Shown: positions 29,522 to 39,923 of the stretch, one piece after another | Layout of the letters: the number at the start of each line of letters is the position of its first letter | Numbering within the stretch: position 1 is the stretch's first letter | NCBI GenBank assembly: GCA_965198045.1 | Contig: CBDAOL010000009.1 | Coordinates: forward strand, 254,445-318,444 | DNA length: 64,000 nt | Direction of reading: 5' to 3' | From: Dehalococcoidia bacterium | GTDB lineage: Bacteria; Chloroflexota; Dehalococcoidia; UBA2979 | Program-made: the position numbers and the translations under genes | Notes under the pieces: generated by a model | Told to the model about the DNA's origin: nothing | The model's input: the letters and a program-made list of their open reading frames with translations, nothing else | Database searches by the model: none

Positions 29522-30784
29522 CTATCCTAGCCGCCGAGGCGTCACCCGCAGCGGCAGAGAGCGCAGTCCCCGGAACGCGCCGCCACCACGCCATTCGAGC
29601 CGGTGGTAGGGCACGGCCAGTTCGATCTCCTCGTAGCGCTCGAACAACCGCTCCAGGCCGATCCGCGCCTCGTTCCGTGCCAGCGTCGCGCCGAGGCAGA
29701 AGTGGATGCCGCCGCCGAACGACTGGTGAGGGATGGCCTCGCGCGTCACATCGAACTCGTGTGGATCCTCGAAGAAATCGGGGTCGCGATTCGCGCCCAT
29801 CAGCGACACGTTCACGCTCGCGTGCTCCGGCAACGGGCAGCCGCCCACCTCGCCGCTCGCTCCCGTCATGCGTCCGCTCTCCAGCACCGGCGGGGTGTAG
29901 CGGAGCATCTCCTCGACGGCGTTCGCCATGACCGAGGGGTCTTCGCGCAGCTTCGCGACCTCGTCCGGATGCGGCAGGAGGACCGCGAGGCCGTTGCCCA
30001 TCAGATCCGTGGTCGTCAGGTTCCCGGCGAGAAGCAGCAGGTTGAGCATCGTCAGCACTTCGCCGTGCGACATGCGGTCGCCCTCGTCTTCGGCCTCGAT
30101 CAGCGCCGACATCAGGTCATCGCGCGGGTCCTCGCGACGTTCACTGACGGCACGATCGAAGTACGAGCGGAGTGACTCGGTCGCCGTGCGCCCGATACGA
30201 ATGCGCTCCACGTCCTCCGGGTCGATCGTCGAGTTGTTGATGGCGAGCGACCACTCCTTGAACTGATCGCGCTCCTCCGGCGGGACACCGAGCATCGTCG
30301 CGATCACCATCGCCGGGAGCGGGTCCGCGACCGCGCGCATGAAGTCGATCTCGGCCTCGTCCTCAACCTCGTCGAGCAGCCCGTCCGCGATCTCCTCGAT
30401 CTGCGGCGACATCGCGTCTACCGCGCGTGGCGTGAACGCGCGGTTCACGAGGTTACGCAGCCGCCCGTGCTCCGGGTCGTCGAGGCCGAGGATGCTGGGC
30501 TGCTCGCCCAGCCGCTCGTTCTCCTCGGGCAGCACGCCGAGGCGACGCGGGTCCTCAGCGCCGAGCTTGCGCACGTCGAGGAAGTTGTCGCGGTCGCGGA
30601 GGAGGCTCCGTACGTCTTCGTAGTGCGTCATCACGTACCGCGTCGTGCCGAGGCGGTCGATGCGATGGTGGATGCGACCATCGGCATGCATTTCCTGTAG
30701 CGCGCCGTGCGGGTCGGCGACGTAGTCAACGCTCTCCGGCTCATAGCCGTTCGGGACATGCGGTGCTCGCGCGTCGTCGGTCAT
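29522..30784 (-). CDS. cytochrome P450
   Basis: Heme-binding loop FGGGIHFCLGATLA and the EXXR region. Confidence 0.85.
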   Translation of the reverse strand: MTDDARAPHVPNGYEPESVDYVADPHGALQEMHADGRIHHRIDRLGTTRYVMTHYEDVRSLLRDRDNFLDVRKLGAEDPRRLGVLPEENERLGEQPSILGLDDPEHGRLRNLVNRAFTPRAVDAMSPQIEEIADGLLDEVEDEAEIDFMRAVADPLPAMVIATMLGVPPEERDQFKEWSLAINNSTIDPEDVERIRIGRTATESLRSYFDRAVSERREDPRDDLMSALIEAEDEGDRMSHGEVLTMLNLLLLAGNLTTTDLMGNGLAVLLPHPDEVAKLREDPSVMANAVEEMLRYTPPVLESGRMTGASGEVGGCPLPEHASVNVSLMGANRDPDFFEDPHEFDVTREAIPHQSFGGGIHFCLGATLARNEARIGLERLFERYEEIELAVPYHRLEWRGGGAFRGLRSLPLRVTPRRLG

Positions 30785-30836
30785 CGTTGGCTCCGATCCC
30801 TCGTTGAGCCGAATCTGCGCGAACGATTGCGGGATG

Positions 30837-32126
30837 TCAACGAACGTGTTCGCTCGCGGCCGGCGCCTCGGCGCCCCGCTGCAGCGCTTCGCGGTGCTCG
30901 CCGAGCCGCCACAGCTCGGGCGTCAGCGTCGAGAGCGCGGCGATCGAGGCGGCGAGCAGCACTCCCGCGATCAGGGTCGTTGTCTCGACACCGATCTGCG
31001 CCGCGACTGCTCCCTGCCCGAGCAGCGCGAAGGGGAGGACGCCGATGGACAGCATCAGCACGCCCATCACACGACCACGCATCTCCTCGGGCGACTGCAG
31101 GAGGATCAGCGTGCTCTGCAGCACGCCGAAGCCGGCGCCAGCGATGCCGACGAGGAACATCAGCAGCACGCCGAAGAGGAAGAGGTCGAGCAGCGCGAAC
31201 GCTGCGAGCAGCACACCGAACGCTGCCGTCGCGCCGAGGAACAACCGCCCCTTGCGTGCGAAGTCGCCGAGCCCGGCGATGGCGAGCGCACCGACGAGTG
31301 CCCCGATGCCGTTCGCTGCCACCAGCACCCCGAGGCCGGTCGCGCCGATGTCGTAGATCTCCTCCGCGAAGACGGGCATGAAGCCCTGCACCACTGGCCA
31401 CGCGAAGAGGTTGGCGGCGACGCTGGCCAGCAGCACGGTGGCGATGCCGCGGTGCGATACGGCGAACCGGAAGCCCTCGGCGAGGTCGGCGAGGACGTGG
31501 TGCGTCACTGTGGTGGTGGAGCGCTCGAGCTCCCGGAGCGGCAGCAGGAACAGCAGCCCCGGCACATACCAGGCGGCCGAGAACCACAGCGCCACGTCCG
31601 CCCCCGCCTCGCTGATGACCCAGCCGGCGAGGGCCGGCGCGACGATGCGGCTGCCGAACAGCGCTGCCATGTTGAGCCCGTTCGCGCTCGACAGGCGCTC
31701 GGGGCCGACGAGGTCCATGATCAGCGTGAAGCGCACCGGCTGCAGCGGCGACTGCATCGATCCGATGAGCAGGCCGGCCAGCAGGACCTGCCAGAACTGC
31801 ACCTCGCCGAAGGAAGCCAGCGCTGCGATCGCGACGCCGATGCCCAGCGCGATGGCGACTGAGGTACGGAGCGCCCTCGGGCGGTCCAGCCGGTCGGCGA
31901 TCATGCCGCCGATCGGACCGGTGAGCATCGGCGCGAACCGCGCGGCCGCGAACGCGGCGACCGCGAACTCCGAGTCGGTGATCTCGAACGCGAGCCAGCC
32001 CAGGACCACGGTCTGCGCCCAGAAGCCGCTGAAAAAGAACGTGCTGCTGAGCCAGAGGCTGCGGAACGCCGGATCGGCAAGCGGCGCCAACGCCGAAGTC
32101 GTGCCGAGCCTCCTTCGCATGTCCAC
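30837..32126 (-). CDS. MFS transporter
   Basis: 12 predicted TM helices with the MFS loop motif ...GMIADRLDRPR... Confidence 0.8.
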   Translation of the reverse strand: MDMRRRLGTTSALAPLADPAFRSLWLSSTFFFSGFWAQTVVLGWLAFEITDSEFAVAAFAAARFAPMLTGPIGGMIADRLDRPRALRTSVAIALGIGVAIAALASFGEVQFWQVLLAGLLIGSMQSPLQPVRFTLIMDLVGPERLSSANGLNMAALFGSRIVAPALAGWVISEAGADVALWFSAAWYVPGLLFLLPLRELERSTTTVTHHVLADLAEGFRFAVSHRGIATVLLASVAANLFAWPVVQGFMPVFAEEIYDIGATGLGVLVAANGIGALVGALAIAGLGDFARKGRLFLGATAAFGVLLAAFALLDLFLFGVLLMFLVGIAGAGFGVLQSTLILLQSPEEMRGRVMGVLMLSIGVLPFALLGQGAVAAQIGVETTTLIAGVLLAASIAALSTLTPELWRLGEHREALQRGAEAPAASEHVR

Positions 32127-32168
32127 TGGTTCGTCCGTCCGTTCGATTGTCGAGTCCCAGAGCGAGCC

Positions 32169-33336
32169 CTAGGGCGTGGCCGTCTCCGCAGGCTTGCGCA
32201 GCTCCTCGATCGCGGCGATCACGAATAGCCCTAGCGCCACCACGCCCAGCACCATCAGGGGCTCCTTGTTGCGCACGAGATAGGGCGCGGCGGAGAGCAG
32301 CGCCAGCACACCAAGTCGAGGCCAGAGCAACCGTCGTGCCGTGCACAGCCAGGCGAGCACGCCGGACCCGACGAAGAGCGCGACGCCCCCGCCGAGGGCC
32401 AGCATGCTGCCCGGCTCGAGGTGCTCGCCCGGGTGCAGCGCCATCGCCTCGAAGGCCACGGCCACGCCGATCACGCCCCCGACCCACAGGAAGTGGAGGA
32501 GGCTGTATACGTCACGCGCGAGTATCACCACGTTCGCGCTCGGTTCGCGCTCGAGGTGTGCCTCGAGCGCCGTCCTTGAGCCAGCCGAAGTATGTCCACC
32601 AGAGCATCGAAGTGACGACGACCGCGCCGAGCGCCACGCGCAGGATCTCGCCGGTGCGTTCCCCGTCCGCGACGATGATCCCAACGATGATCAGCGACTC
32701 GCCGAGGGCAATGATGACGAACAGTCCGTGGCGCTCCGCAAAGTGCGCGGTGCGTAGCCCCAAGTCTTCGAAGGTCGCGGCGACTGCCGTGGCTGCGATG
32801 TCGAGCACGACGGCAGCGAACCACCACCAGCCTCGTACGTCGGCGTCTGCGAAGCCGCCCACGATCACGAGAACCATGGCTGGGATCGAAGCGATGGTGA
32901 AGCGCCGAATCGCAATCAACTGCTCGCTGTCGTAGCGGGCGACGACGAAGTAGATCCCCATGCCGAGCGCGCGGACTGCGACGTACGGCACCGCGAACCA
33001 GAGGCCACGGTCACCCTCGAACGCTTGCTCCACGGACGCAGCCATCAGGAATGCCACCGCCGTCGCCACCAGGGTGGTCACTCGCAGGAACCGATGGTCG
33101 GTATTCGAGGGGTTGAGAGCCCAGGTCCACTGCGTCCACGCCCACCAGACCATCCAGAAGAGCAGCAGCGACCTCGCCGCGCCCTCCCAGTCGAGGTGCT
33201 CGACACTCAGTGCCGTCACTTCGGTTAGCGCGAAGACGAAGACGAGGTCGAAGAACAGCTCGACGAAGGCGACGCCCTGGCCCTCTGGCGCGAGCAGCGG
33301 CCCCTCGGCGGGAAGGGCGGTCTGTGGCTGTGACAC
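32169..33336 (-). CDS. LtrA (low-temperature-requirement A) family membrane protein, frameshift near 32575
   Basis: N-terminal part (VELFFDLVFVFALTEV motif) in ORF 32512..33336. C-terminal TM helices are in a different frame (32169..32684). The junction region ...GWLKDGA/LEAHLE... fits a 1-bp indel. Confidence 0.65.
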
Positions 33337-33339
33337 GAG

Positions 33340-34269
33340 CTAGACGTCGCCGACGAGGCTCGCGAGCAGCTCGCTGGTGCGTTCGATGGACGCCGAGGCG
33401 TCGTCGCCCACCGGGTAGATCGCTGCGATCAGGTCCGTCGCGCCCGCCTCCGCGTAGGCGGCGATGTGTTCCGCAACCTGCGACTCGTTGCCAACGATCG
33501 CGACATCCTGCGGCCCGCCGAGCTCGCCGCGATCGAGGATCCGCCGGTAGTTGGTCAGCTGGCCGTAGACCTCGAACGTCTCCGCCGCAGCGGCGCGCCC
33601 TGCCTCGACGTCGTCCGTCACTGCGACGGGCACACCGGTGACCACCCGAGGCGCCGGCCGGCCGGCGTCGGCGGCCGCGGCGTTGATGCGCGGCGTCACG
33701 TGCCGACTCAACGCGGTCGGCCCGGCCATCCAGGTGATTGTGCCGTCGGCGACCTCGCCGGCCACGCGCAGCATCAGCGGGGCGAGCGCCGAGACCAAGA
33801 TCGGGAACGGCGAGGCGCCCGCGAGGGCATAGCCGGACGCCATGCGGTAGTAGTCGCCTCGGTGGCGGGCCACGCCCTCGGTCGTCAACGCCCGCAGGAT
33901 CTCGGCGTATTCGCGGATGTGCACGGCCGGCCGGTCGTACTCGAGTCCGAGGCGCTCCACGATCGGCTGGTGTGACGGACCAATGCCGAGGTGCAACCGT
34001 CCGCCCGTCGCCTGATTCACGGTCGACGCCTGCTGGGCGAGCACGCTGGGGTGCCGCGTGTAGGTCGGGATCACAGCCGTCCCGAGCGCGATGCGCTCGG
34101 TCTCAGGCCCGGCCAGCGCCAGTGTCGTCAGCACGTCCGTTTCGCCGACCTGCGCGAACCAGATGCTCTCGAAGCCGCGGCGCTCGGCGTCGACGATCAT
34201 CGCGACCTGCTCCTGGGTCGTCCGACCCGTCGGCAGCGCACCCACGAACAGTCCGAGCTGCATCGGCAC
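33340..34269 (-). CDS. LLM-class F420-dependent oxidoreductase
   Basis: Luciferase-like TIM-barrel family, 309 aa. Confidence 0.75.
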   Translation of the reverse strand: MPMQLGLFVGALPTGRTTQEQVAMIVDAERRGFESIWFAQVGETDVLTTLALAGPETERIALGTAVIPTYTRHPSVLAQQASTVNQATGGRLHLGIGPSHQPIVERLGLEYDRPAVHIREYAEILRALTTEGVARHRGDYYRMASGYALAGASPFPILVSALAPLMLRVAGEVADGTITWMAGPTALSRHVTPRINAAAADAGRPAPRVVTGVPVAVTDDVEAGRAAAAETFEVYGQLTNYRRILDRGELGGPQDVAIVGNESQVAEHIAAYAEAGATDLIAAIYPVGDDASASIERTSELLASLVGDV

Positions 34270-34443
34270 CCCTCCTAGCGAAGCGACAGGCTGTGAGCCT
34301 ACCGCGCCGCCGACGTGTGCGCGGCAGCCTCGACGATCGCCGCCCGACCGGCGCGGCTCGCGGGTCGCGGGGTGCCAGCGGTCATACGGATACGGAACGA
34401 GTGGTGCCTCGACATCAAGTGCTCGGGGAGGGCGGTGCGCTCG

Positions 34444-35148
34444 TCAGGCGAACGTCGGTACCTCGGCGTCGCGGGGCACCCAGTAGAAGACACGCCCGAA
34501 GAATGGCGCACTCTCAGCGCCGGGGATCGACGCTGCGGTGATGTTTCCGAGGTTGGCGAGTTTCGATCCGCCGAGGGCACGGCGGGCGGCCGTCGCCTCT
34601 GCTTCGCTCTCGCTCCGCGCAAACTCGCCGAGGAGCTCCTCGACCGTCGGATTGAGATCGCTCGAGGCGAGGCCACGGAAGATGGCAAGACGCGAGCGGG
34701 GTCGGTCGGTCAATTCACGGAGCACGTCGCGGACCGCCGCCGAGGAGTGGCGCGCGTGCGCGAGCGTGAACAGCGCCTGCCCGCGGAGCCGCCTCATCTC
34801 CTGCTCGTCCTCGAACAGCTCGCGCAGCCGCAGCACGACTTCGTCGCTGGTGAGGAACCAGGCGGACGCCTTAATCGCCACGGCACGGACGCGCCGCTTG
34901 TCATCGCTCAGCGCATCGAGCACCCGCGCGCCCGCGCGCGCCGACTGCATCTCGTCGAGGCGATCCGCGCGGCCGAGGTGCGTCACGAGTCGCAATCCGG
35001 CGACGCGGACATTGCGGTCGGCCTCGCCGAGGGCGCGCTCGGCCGCCTCGAGGGCCTCGAGAGGGGGTGCATCGTGCAGGCCAGCGAGGTCAGCGTTCAT
35101 CGTCGGCTCCGAGGGTGGTGTAGCGAGCGAGGTCGAGACGACGGGCAC
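34444..35148 (-). CDS. HEAT-repeat protein (alternative start ATG at 35100)
   Basis: Repeated ...RVRAVAI..., ...AAVRDVLRELTD... alpha-solenoid units. The track start at 35148 is GTG; the ATG at 35100 has a better GGAG spacing. Confidence 0.5.
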   Translation of the reverse strand: MPVVSTSLATPPSEPTMNADLAGLHDAPPLEALEAAERALGEADRNVRVAGLRLVTHLGRADRLDEMQSARAGARVLDALSDDKRRVRAVAIKASAWFLTSDEVVLRLRELFEDEQEMRRLRGQALFTLAHARHSSAAVRDVLRELTDRPRSRLAIFRGLASSDLNPTVEELLGEFARSESEAEATAARRALGGSKLANLGNITAASIPGAESAPFFGRVFYWVPRDAEVPTFA

Positions 35149-35156
35149 CCTGTTTG

Positions 35157-35252
35157 GACTCGATACATCTCAGACTCTTTAGCAATGAGCCCCCGCATGG
35201 GGCGATCTGTCTCGACTCGGGACATTTCAGACTCTTTAGCAATGAGCCCCCG
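35157..35252. repeat. two 39-bp imperfect direct repeats (4 mismatches) separated by 18 bp, locally AT-rich
   Basis: GACTCGATACATCTCAGACTCTTTAGCAATGAGCCCCCG and GACTCGGGACATTTCAGACTCTTTAGCAATGAGCCCCCG. They lie in the 160-bp intergenic region just upstream of the HEAT-repeat gene start. Confidence 0.6.
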
Positions 35253-35307
35253 TCGCCTCGGTCGCTACCGATCGAGGATATGCCAACCGTGGTCGGTGGC
35301 AACTCAC

Positions 35308-35799
35308 CTAGCCGCCCTCGCGGCCGCCGGTTTCGATGTAACGGATGTGCGAGAGGTAGTGCGGCGCGAGGATGTCGTCGGCGGCCCAGCGCCCGTACTC
35401 GGCCCAGAGTTCGGGCGGCATGGTGAGGCACAGCGCAGACTCCTCGCGGGTCGTCGCATCGCACCAGTCGCGCGCCTGCTCGTGCGTGAGCGCGCGGTCC
35501 TCCGCGGCCCAGCGTTCGTTCGTCACGTTCTCGGCCTCCCCACGCGACGGCCAGAGTTCACCGATCGCCAGGAGGCGCTGGATGTGGCGAATGTTCGAGG
35601 ACTGGTAGCGGGCGAAGTGCGCGTAGATTGCGCGGCTGCTCCAGGGCGTGCCCTCGGGATCGTGGAGGTTGTGGCGGTCGGCGTGCTCCTCGAGGAGTGC
35701 TCGCAGCTTTGTCCAGGCCTCCGCGCCGTCAGCGAGCACCCGCTGCCGATGTGCCACCGGGTGTTCGCCCTCGCGCGCCGCTGCGATGTCGTTTGCCAC
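35308..35799 (-). CDS. ClbS/DfsB-family (DinB-like four-helix-bundle) protein
   Basis: ...GTPWSSRAIYAHFARYQSSNIRHIQRL... resembles the DUF1706/ClbS signature. Moderate confidence. Confidence 0.45.
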   Translation of the reverse strand: MANDIAAAREGEHPVAHRQRVLADGAEAWTKLRALLEEHADRHNLHDPEGTPWSSRAIYAHFARYQSSNIRHIQRLLAIGELWPSRGEAENVTNERWAAEDRALTHEQARDWCDATTREESALCLTMPPELWAEYGRWAADDILAPHYLSHIRYIETGGREGG

Positions 35800-35945
35800 C
35801 GTGACCTCCCCCCCCGAATCAGCATTCCGGTGGAGAGGATACCCGCAGCACGCGGCGGCCAGCGACGGTCGCTATCATCGCCCTGCCCGTTGGAAGCGGA
35901 CTCGACGATCCATCCATTGCCCTTCCAGCAGCAGGGAGCATCACC

Positions 35946-36758
35946 ATGACCACCGGCCCTCGCTACGGCACACCCGACCGCGACTATGGACTCAAGCTGG
36001 CCACCACATCGCCCGAGGACGATGGTCCGGTCTGGATGGTGAACCTGATGAAGTACCGCGAACGGGCCGACTATGCCGACGGTCGCGATACCTCGATCAG
36101 CGGACGCGCGGCCGACGAGCTCTACGCGCCGCTGGGGCCGCTCGCCGCCATTGGCGCCGAGATCGTGTTCGCAGGCGAGGTCGAGGAGCAGCTCCTCGGC
36201 GCTGAGCCGCAATGGGATCGCATCGCCGTCGTGAAGTACCCCACGCGCCGCGCGTTCATCGAGATGCAGTCGCGCCCGGACTTCCAGCAGCTGCACGTGC
36301 ACAAGGACGCAGGGATGCAGGAGACGATCGTGATGGGCTGCCTCCCGATCGACCTGCCCTCGGGCGCGGGATCAGGCATCGACTGGGAGGACGTACCTCA
36401 CCCGCCGACCGACGAGGACGGCCCGGTTGTCCTGCTCCACGTGCTGCGCTTCGAGGATGGCGGCGCGGAGGGCGAGATGCGCGAGTACCAGTCGACCGCC
36501 GGCGAGGTCGCTGCGCCGCACGGTGTGCGTATCTCCGGGTGGTTCACCGTCGAGGGGACCATCATCGGTGACGGCCGGACCTGGGATCAGGTGCGCTTCA
36601 ACTCGTTCCCGAGCAAGCGCGCGTTCATGGCCGTGGCTGGCGACGCGACTCGCCGCGAGGCGGAATCACACCGCCGCGCCGCCATCGCCGACACCTACAC
36701 GATGATCGTCCGCCCAGCTCTGAACGCCCTCGCGGCCTCGGTCGAGGCCGCGCGCTAG
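35946..36758 (+). CDS. tandem DUF1330-like (dimeric alpha+beta barrel) domain protein
   Basis: Two repeats of an MVNL...ADY...RIAVVKYPTRRAF / ...VLLHVLRF...VRFNSFPSKRAFMA pattern of about 95 aa each. Confidence 0.5.
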   Translation: MTTGPRYGTPDRDYGLKLATTSPEDDGPVWMVNLMKYRERADYADGRDTSISGRAADELYAPLGPLAAIGAEIVFAGEVEEQLLGAEPQWDRIAVVKYPTRRAFIEMQSRPDFQQLHVHKDAGMQETIVMGCLPIDLPSGAGSGIDWEDVPHPPTDEDGPVVLLHVLRFEDGGAEGEMREYQSTAGEVAAPHGVRISGWFTVEGTIIGDGRTWDQVRFNSFPSKRAFMAVAGDATRREAESHRRAAIADTYTMIVRPALNALAASVEAAR

Positions 36759-36783
36759 GACCTCGCGGCCTGCGCGGTCGCGG

Positions 36784-38391
36784 TCAGCTCGAAGCCTCGT
36801 AGTTCGCGGCGGCGACTTCGTCGCACTTCTTGCGGTAGTTGCCGACGCCGCCGCTGTACGGCATGAAGACGCGCGGCTTCCCGGGGATGTTGGCGCCGAG
36901 GTACCAGGAGTCGGCGAGCGGGAAGAGCGTCTTCTCCGAGAGCTCGTTCACGTGTACGACCCACGCCTCCTCGGCGTCCGCGTTGGCCTCGACGACCTCG
37001 ACGCCGTGCTCGTGCGAGTACTCGACGAGGTCGGCGATCCACTCGACGTGCTGCTCGATGGACACGGGCATGTTGCTGAGGACCGACGGCGACCCAGGCC
37101 CGGTGATCATGAACATGTTCGAGAAACCGACGACCGAGAGCCCGAGGTAGGTCTTTGGCCCGGCCTCCCAGTGCTCCGTGAGCGGCTCGTCGTTGCGCCC
37201 GCGGATGTCCATGCGGGAGAAGCTGCCCGTCATCGCATCGAACCCCGTCGCGAAGACGATGATGTCGAGCTCGTATTCGGCCTCCGCGGTGCGGATGCCG
37301 GCGTGCGTGATCTCCTCGATCGGCGCCGAGCGGATGTCGACGAGCTCCACGTTGTCGCGGTTGTAGGTCTCGAAGTAGTTCGTGTCGATCAGCGTCCGCT
37401 TCGAGCCGAGCGGATGGTCATAGGGGGTCAGCCGCTCTGCCGTATCCGGGTCCTCGACTGTCTCGCGAATCCGGTCCCGGATGAAGTCCGCGGCCGTCGC
37501 GTTCGCCTCGAGGTTGATGCCGATGTCGGTGAACGACCCGTTGAAGCGGAACCCACCGAGGGCCCACCGATCCTCGAAGACCGCCTGCCGCTCCTCATCG
37601 GTGACCTCGAGGGCCGACTGGGTCGCGGCCTCGTACGGGAACCCGGCGATCGAGTGGCGGGCGACGTCCCAGACCTCGTCGTAGCGCTGCTTGACGTCGT
37701 CGAGGTAGTGCCGGTCCACGGTGTGGTGACGGGCCGGGACGGTGAACTGCGGGGTGCGCTGGAAGACCGTGAGGTGCTCCGCCTGCTGGGCGATCACGGG
37801 AATCGACTGGACGCCGCTGGAGCCCGTGCCGATCACGCCGACGCGCTTCCCGGCGAGGTCGACACCGTCGTGCGGCCAGGCGCCGGTGTGGAACGATTCG
37901 CCCTCGAACGCGTCGCGGCCCGGGATGTCGGGGATCTGACCGGCGGAGAGGCAGCCGATGCCGGTGATCAAAAACTGTGCGCTGACGTGGTCGCCCTGGT
38001 CGGTCTCGACCTCCCAGCGATTGCGCTCTTCGTTGAAGTGCGCAGCCGTCACGCGGGTGTTGAACTGGATGCCGCTGCGCAGGTCGAAGCGGTCAGCGAC
38101 GTGCTGGAGGTACTTCAGGATCTCCGGCTGCTCGGGGTACTTCCCGCTCCAGTTCCACTCCTGGAGCAGATCCTCGTCGAAGGAGAAGCAGTACACGTAC
38201 GCCTCGGAGTCGCAGCGCGCACCCGGGTAGCGGTTCCAGTACCAGGTGCCACCGACGTCGTCAGCAGCCTCGAAGACCTGCGCGGTGAGCCCGAGGTCGT
38301 CACGCAGCTTCTTGAGCATGTAGAGCCCGGAGAACCCGGCGCCGATCACGACCGCATCGACCTCGGTCATCTTCGCTGCCGGATCCATCAA
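36784..38391 (-). CDS. Baeyer-Villiger (cyclohexanone-type) flavin-containing monooxygenase
   Basis: FAD GxGxxG (VVIGAGFSG), BVMO fingerprint FEGESFHTGAWP and a second Rossmann (GVIGTGSSG). GAGGAGG precedes the ATG. Confidence 0.85.
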   Translation of the reverse strand: MMDPAAKMTEVDAVVIGAGFSGLYMLKKLRDDLGLTAQVFEAADDVGGTWYWNRYPGARCDSEAYVYCFSFDEDLLQEWNWSGKYPEQPEILKYLQHVADRFDLRSGIQFNTRVTAAHFNEERNRWEVETDQGDHVSAQFLITGIGCLSAGQIPDIPGRDAFEGESFHTGAWPHDGVDLAGKRVGVIGTGSSGVQSIPVIAQQAEHLTVFQRTPQFTVPARHHTVDRHYLDDVKQRYDEVWDVARHSIAGFPYEAATQSALEVTDEERQAVFEDRWALGGFRFNGSFTDIGINLEANATAADFIRDRIRETVEDPDTAERLTPYDHPLGSKRTLIDTNYFETYNRDNVELVDIRSAPIEEITHAGIRTAEAEYELDIIVFATGFDAMTGSFSRMDIRGRNDEPLTEHWEAGPKTYLGLSVVGFSNMFMITGPGSPSVLSNMPVSIEQHVEWIADLVEYSHEHGVEVVEANADAEEAWVVHVNELSEKTLFPLADSWYLGANIPGKPRVFMPYSGGVGNYRKKCDEVAAANYEASS

Positions 38392-38574
38392 CGCCTCCTC
38401 GGCGCCCCACGATGCCGCCTGCGGCGGCCACGGGGTGACCGCGACAATCCTCGTGCGGTGCTCGACTCCTCGAGGTCGGATGGTAGCAGGGGCTTCCCTA
38501 CGGTCCTCGGTTGTACGCCAGCGACGCTGTCCTGCCGTTTCCTCTGCATTTCGTGCGTGGTACGCTTCGTGAGG

Positions 38575-38600
38575 CCGGGGGTTAGCTGAAGGCGCTAACT
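38575..38600 (+). promoter_or_regulatory. perfect 6-bp inverted repeat GTTAGC-N7-GCTAAC enclosing the presumptive Shine-Dalgarno (GAAGG) directly upstream of the membrane-protein start
   Basis: ggttagctgaaggcgctaactATG is seen in the sequence. Operator or SD-sequestering hairpin; the function is inferred. Confidence 0.3.
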
Positions 38601-39332
38601 ATGTTTCCCGTGCCCGATGTCGGTCCGCCTGCTGATCCAGTAGGCATCTTCTTTCTCGTGCTCCTGCTTTGGGTTCCAGCAGCGTGGGTCTATATCGACG
38701 CTGAACAGCGAGGTCACTCGGCCTACCTCTGGGGAGGCCTGACGCTCCTCGGCAGCGTGGTTGCGCTGATCTTCTACTACCGGCGCCGCTCGCAAGTGGG
38801 CGACCCGGCGGAGCTCAACTACGGGCGCGGTCGTGTCTACATCCACGTCGCGCTGCTCACGTTCTACGGCGTCATCTTCGTCAGCGCGCTGATCCTGGCG
38901 TCGGCGTTGATCGACTACATCCGTGGCGAGGATCCGCTGTCGGAGTCGCTCCTCGGACGCGGCACCGATCTGCGTCGGGCCGTCGCCCTGGTGGTCGCGC
39001 TCTCTGTAATCGCGCTGCCGATGCTGGCCGCTCACTACGAGATGATGCGACGCAGGATCGCCTCCCTGGCGATGCTCGAGCGAGGGCGCTTCGCCCGCAT
39101 CGAGCGGGCCAATGTCAACCTCGTACGGGTGATCAGCGGCCTGACGTCACTGCTGGCGGCCACGATGCTGGTCTTCGAGGTGACCGGGCGCCTGTTCGAC
39201 GTGGGTGGTATCGGACGCGACGCCTCGACCTTCGGTCTCAGCGCGTTGATCGTCAGCCTGCTCTCGCTGGCGGCGATGTACGTCTACGCCCGCACCCCCG
39301 AGTACCGGCGCGGCAGCAACGCGATCGCGTAG
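38601..39332 (+). CDS. integral membrane protein (multi-pass), unknown function
   Basis: Multiple hydrophobic helices. No family recognised. Confidence 0.5.
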   Translation: MFPVPDVGPPADPVGIFFLVLLLWVPAAWVYIDAEQRGHSAYLWGGLTLLGSVVALIFYYRRRSQVGDPAELNYGRGRVYIHVALLTFYGVIFVSALILASALIDYIRGEDPLSESLLGRGTDLRRAVALVVALSVIALPMLAAHYEMMRRRIASLAMLERGRFARIERANVNLVRVISGLTSLLAATMLVFEVTGRLFDVGGIGRDASTFGLSALIVSLLSLAAMYVYARTPEYRRGSNAIA

Positions 39333-39455
39333 CGCCGAGGCCTCGAACGAGGGACGCCCGGCGGCCAAAGGGCCGCCGGGCGGTAAGGGTCGGCCCGGAC
39401 GCGCGCTCTCGACACTCCGCCGCCAGTCCGCGAAGCTGCGGCGGAGGTCGAGGGG

Positions 39456-39923
39456 GTGGCGATGAGTCTGAGCATGACGCGAGCCGAGCGAGAGCAGTTC
39501 CTGGCCGACGTGCACGTCGGCTTCGTAAGTGTCGAGGAGTCGGGGCGCGGTCCCCTCGCGGTGCCGATCTGGTACTCGTACGAGGTGGGCGGCGATCTGT
39601 ACTTCGGCACGGGCGCCGGGTCACAGAAGGCGCGGCTGTTCAACGCCGCGGGCCGGGCGACGCTCGTAGCGCAGACCGAGACCGCGCCGTACCAGTACGT
39701 GAGCGTCGAAGGCCCGATCCGCGTCTACGAGGGAGCGCTGCCCGAGCCACCGATGCCGGTGCGATACCTCGGCGAGGAGGCGGGCCGCGCCTACATCGCG
39801 AATCAGGGCGGTGGTGGCAGCGGCGTCACGTACGCCCTCACGCCTGAACGCTGGACTACTCGAAGCGCTAGCGCGAGGCCGGCCGGCGGCCGCGCCCGGC
39901 TGGAGACGCAAGGGAACCACCGG
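39456..39923 (+). CDS. PPOX-class F420-dependent enzyme family protein (no stop codon before the following gene)
   Basis: ...VGFVSVEESGRGPLAVPIWYSYEVGGDLYFGTGAGSQKARL... split-barrel family. The frame continues uninterrupted into the downstream AKR. Confidence 0.6.
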
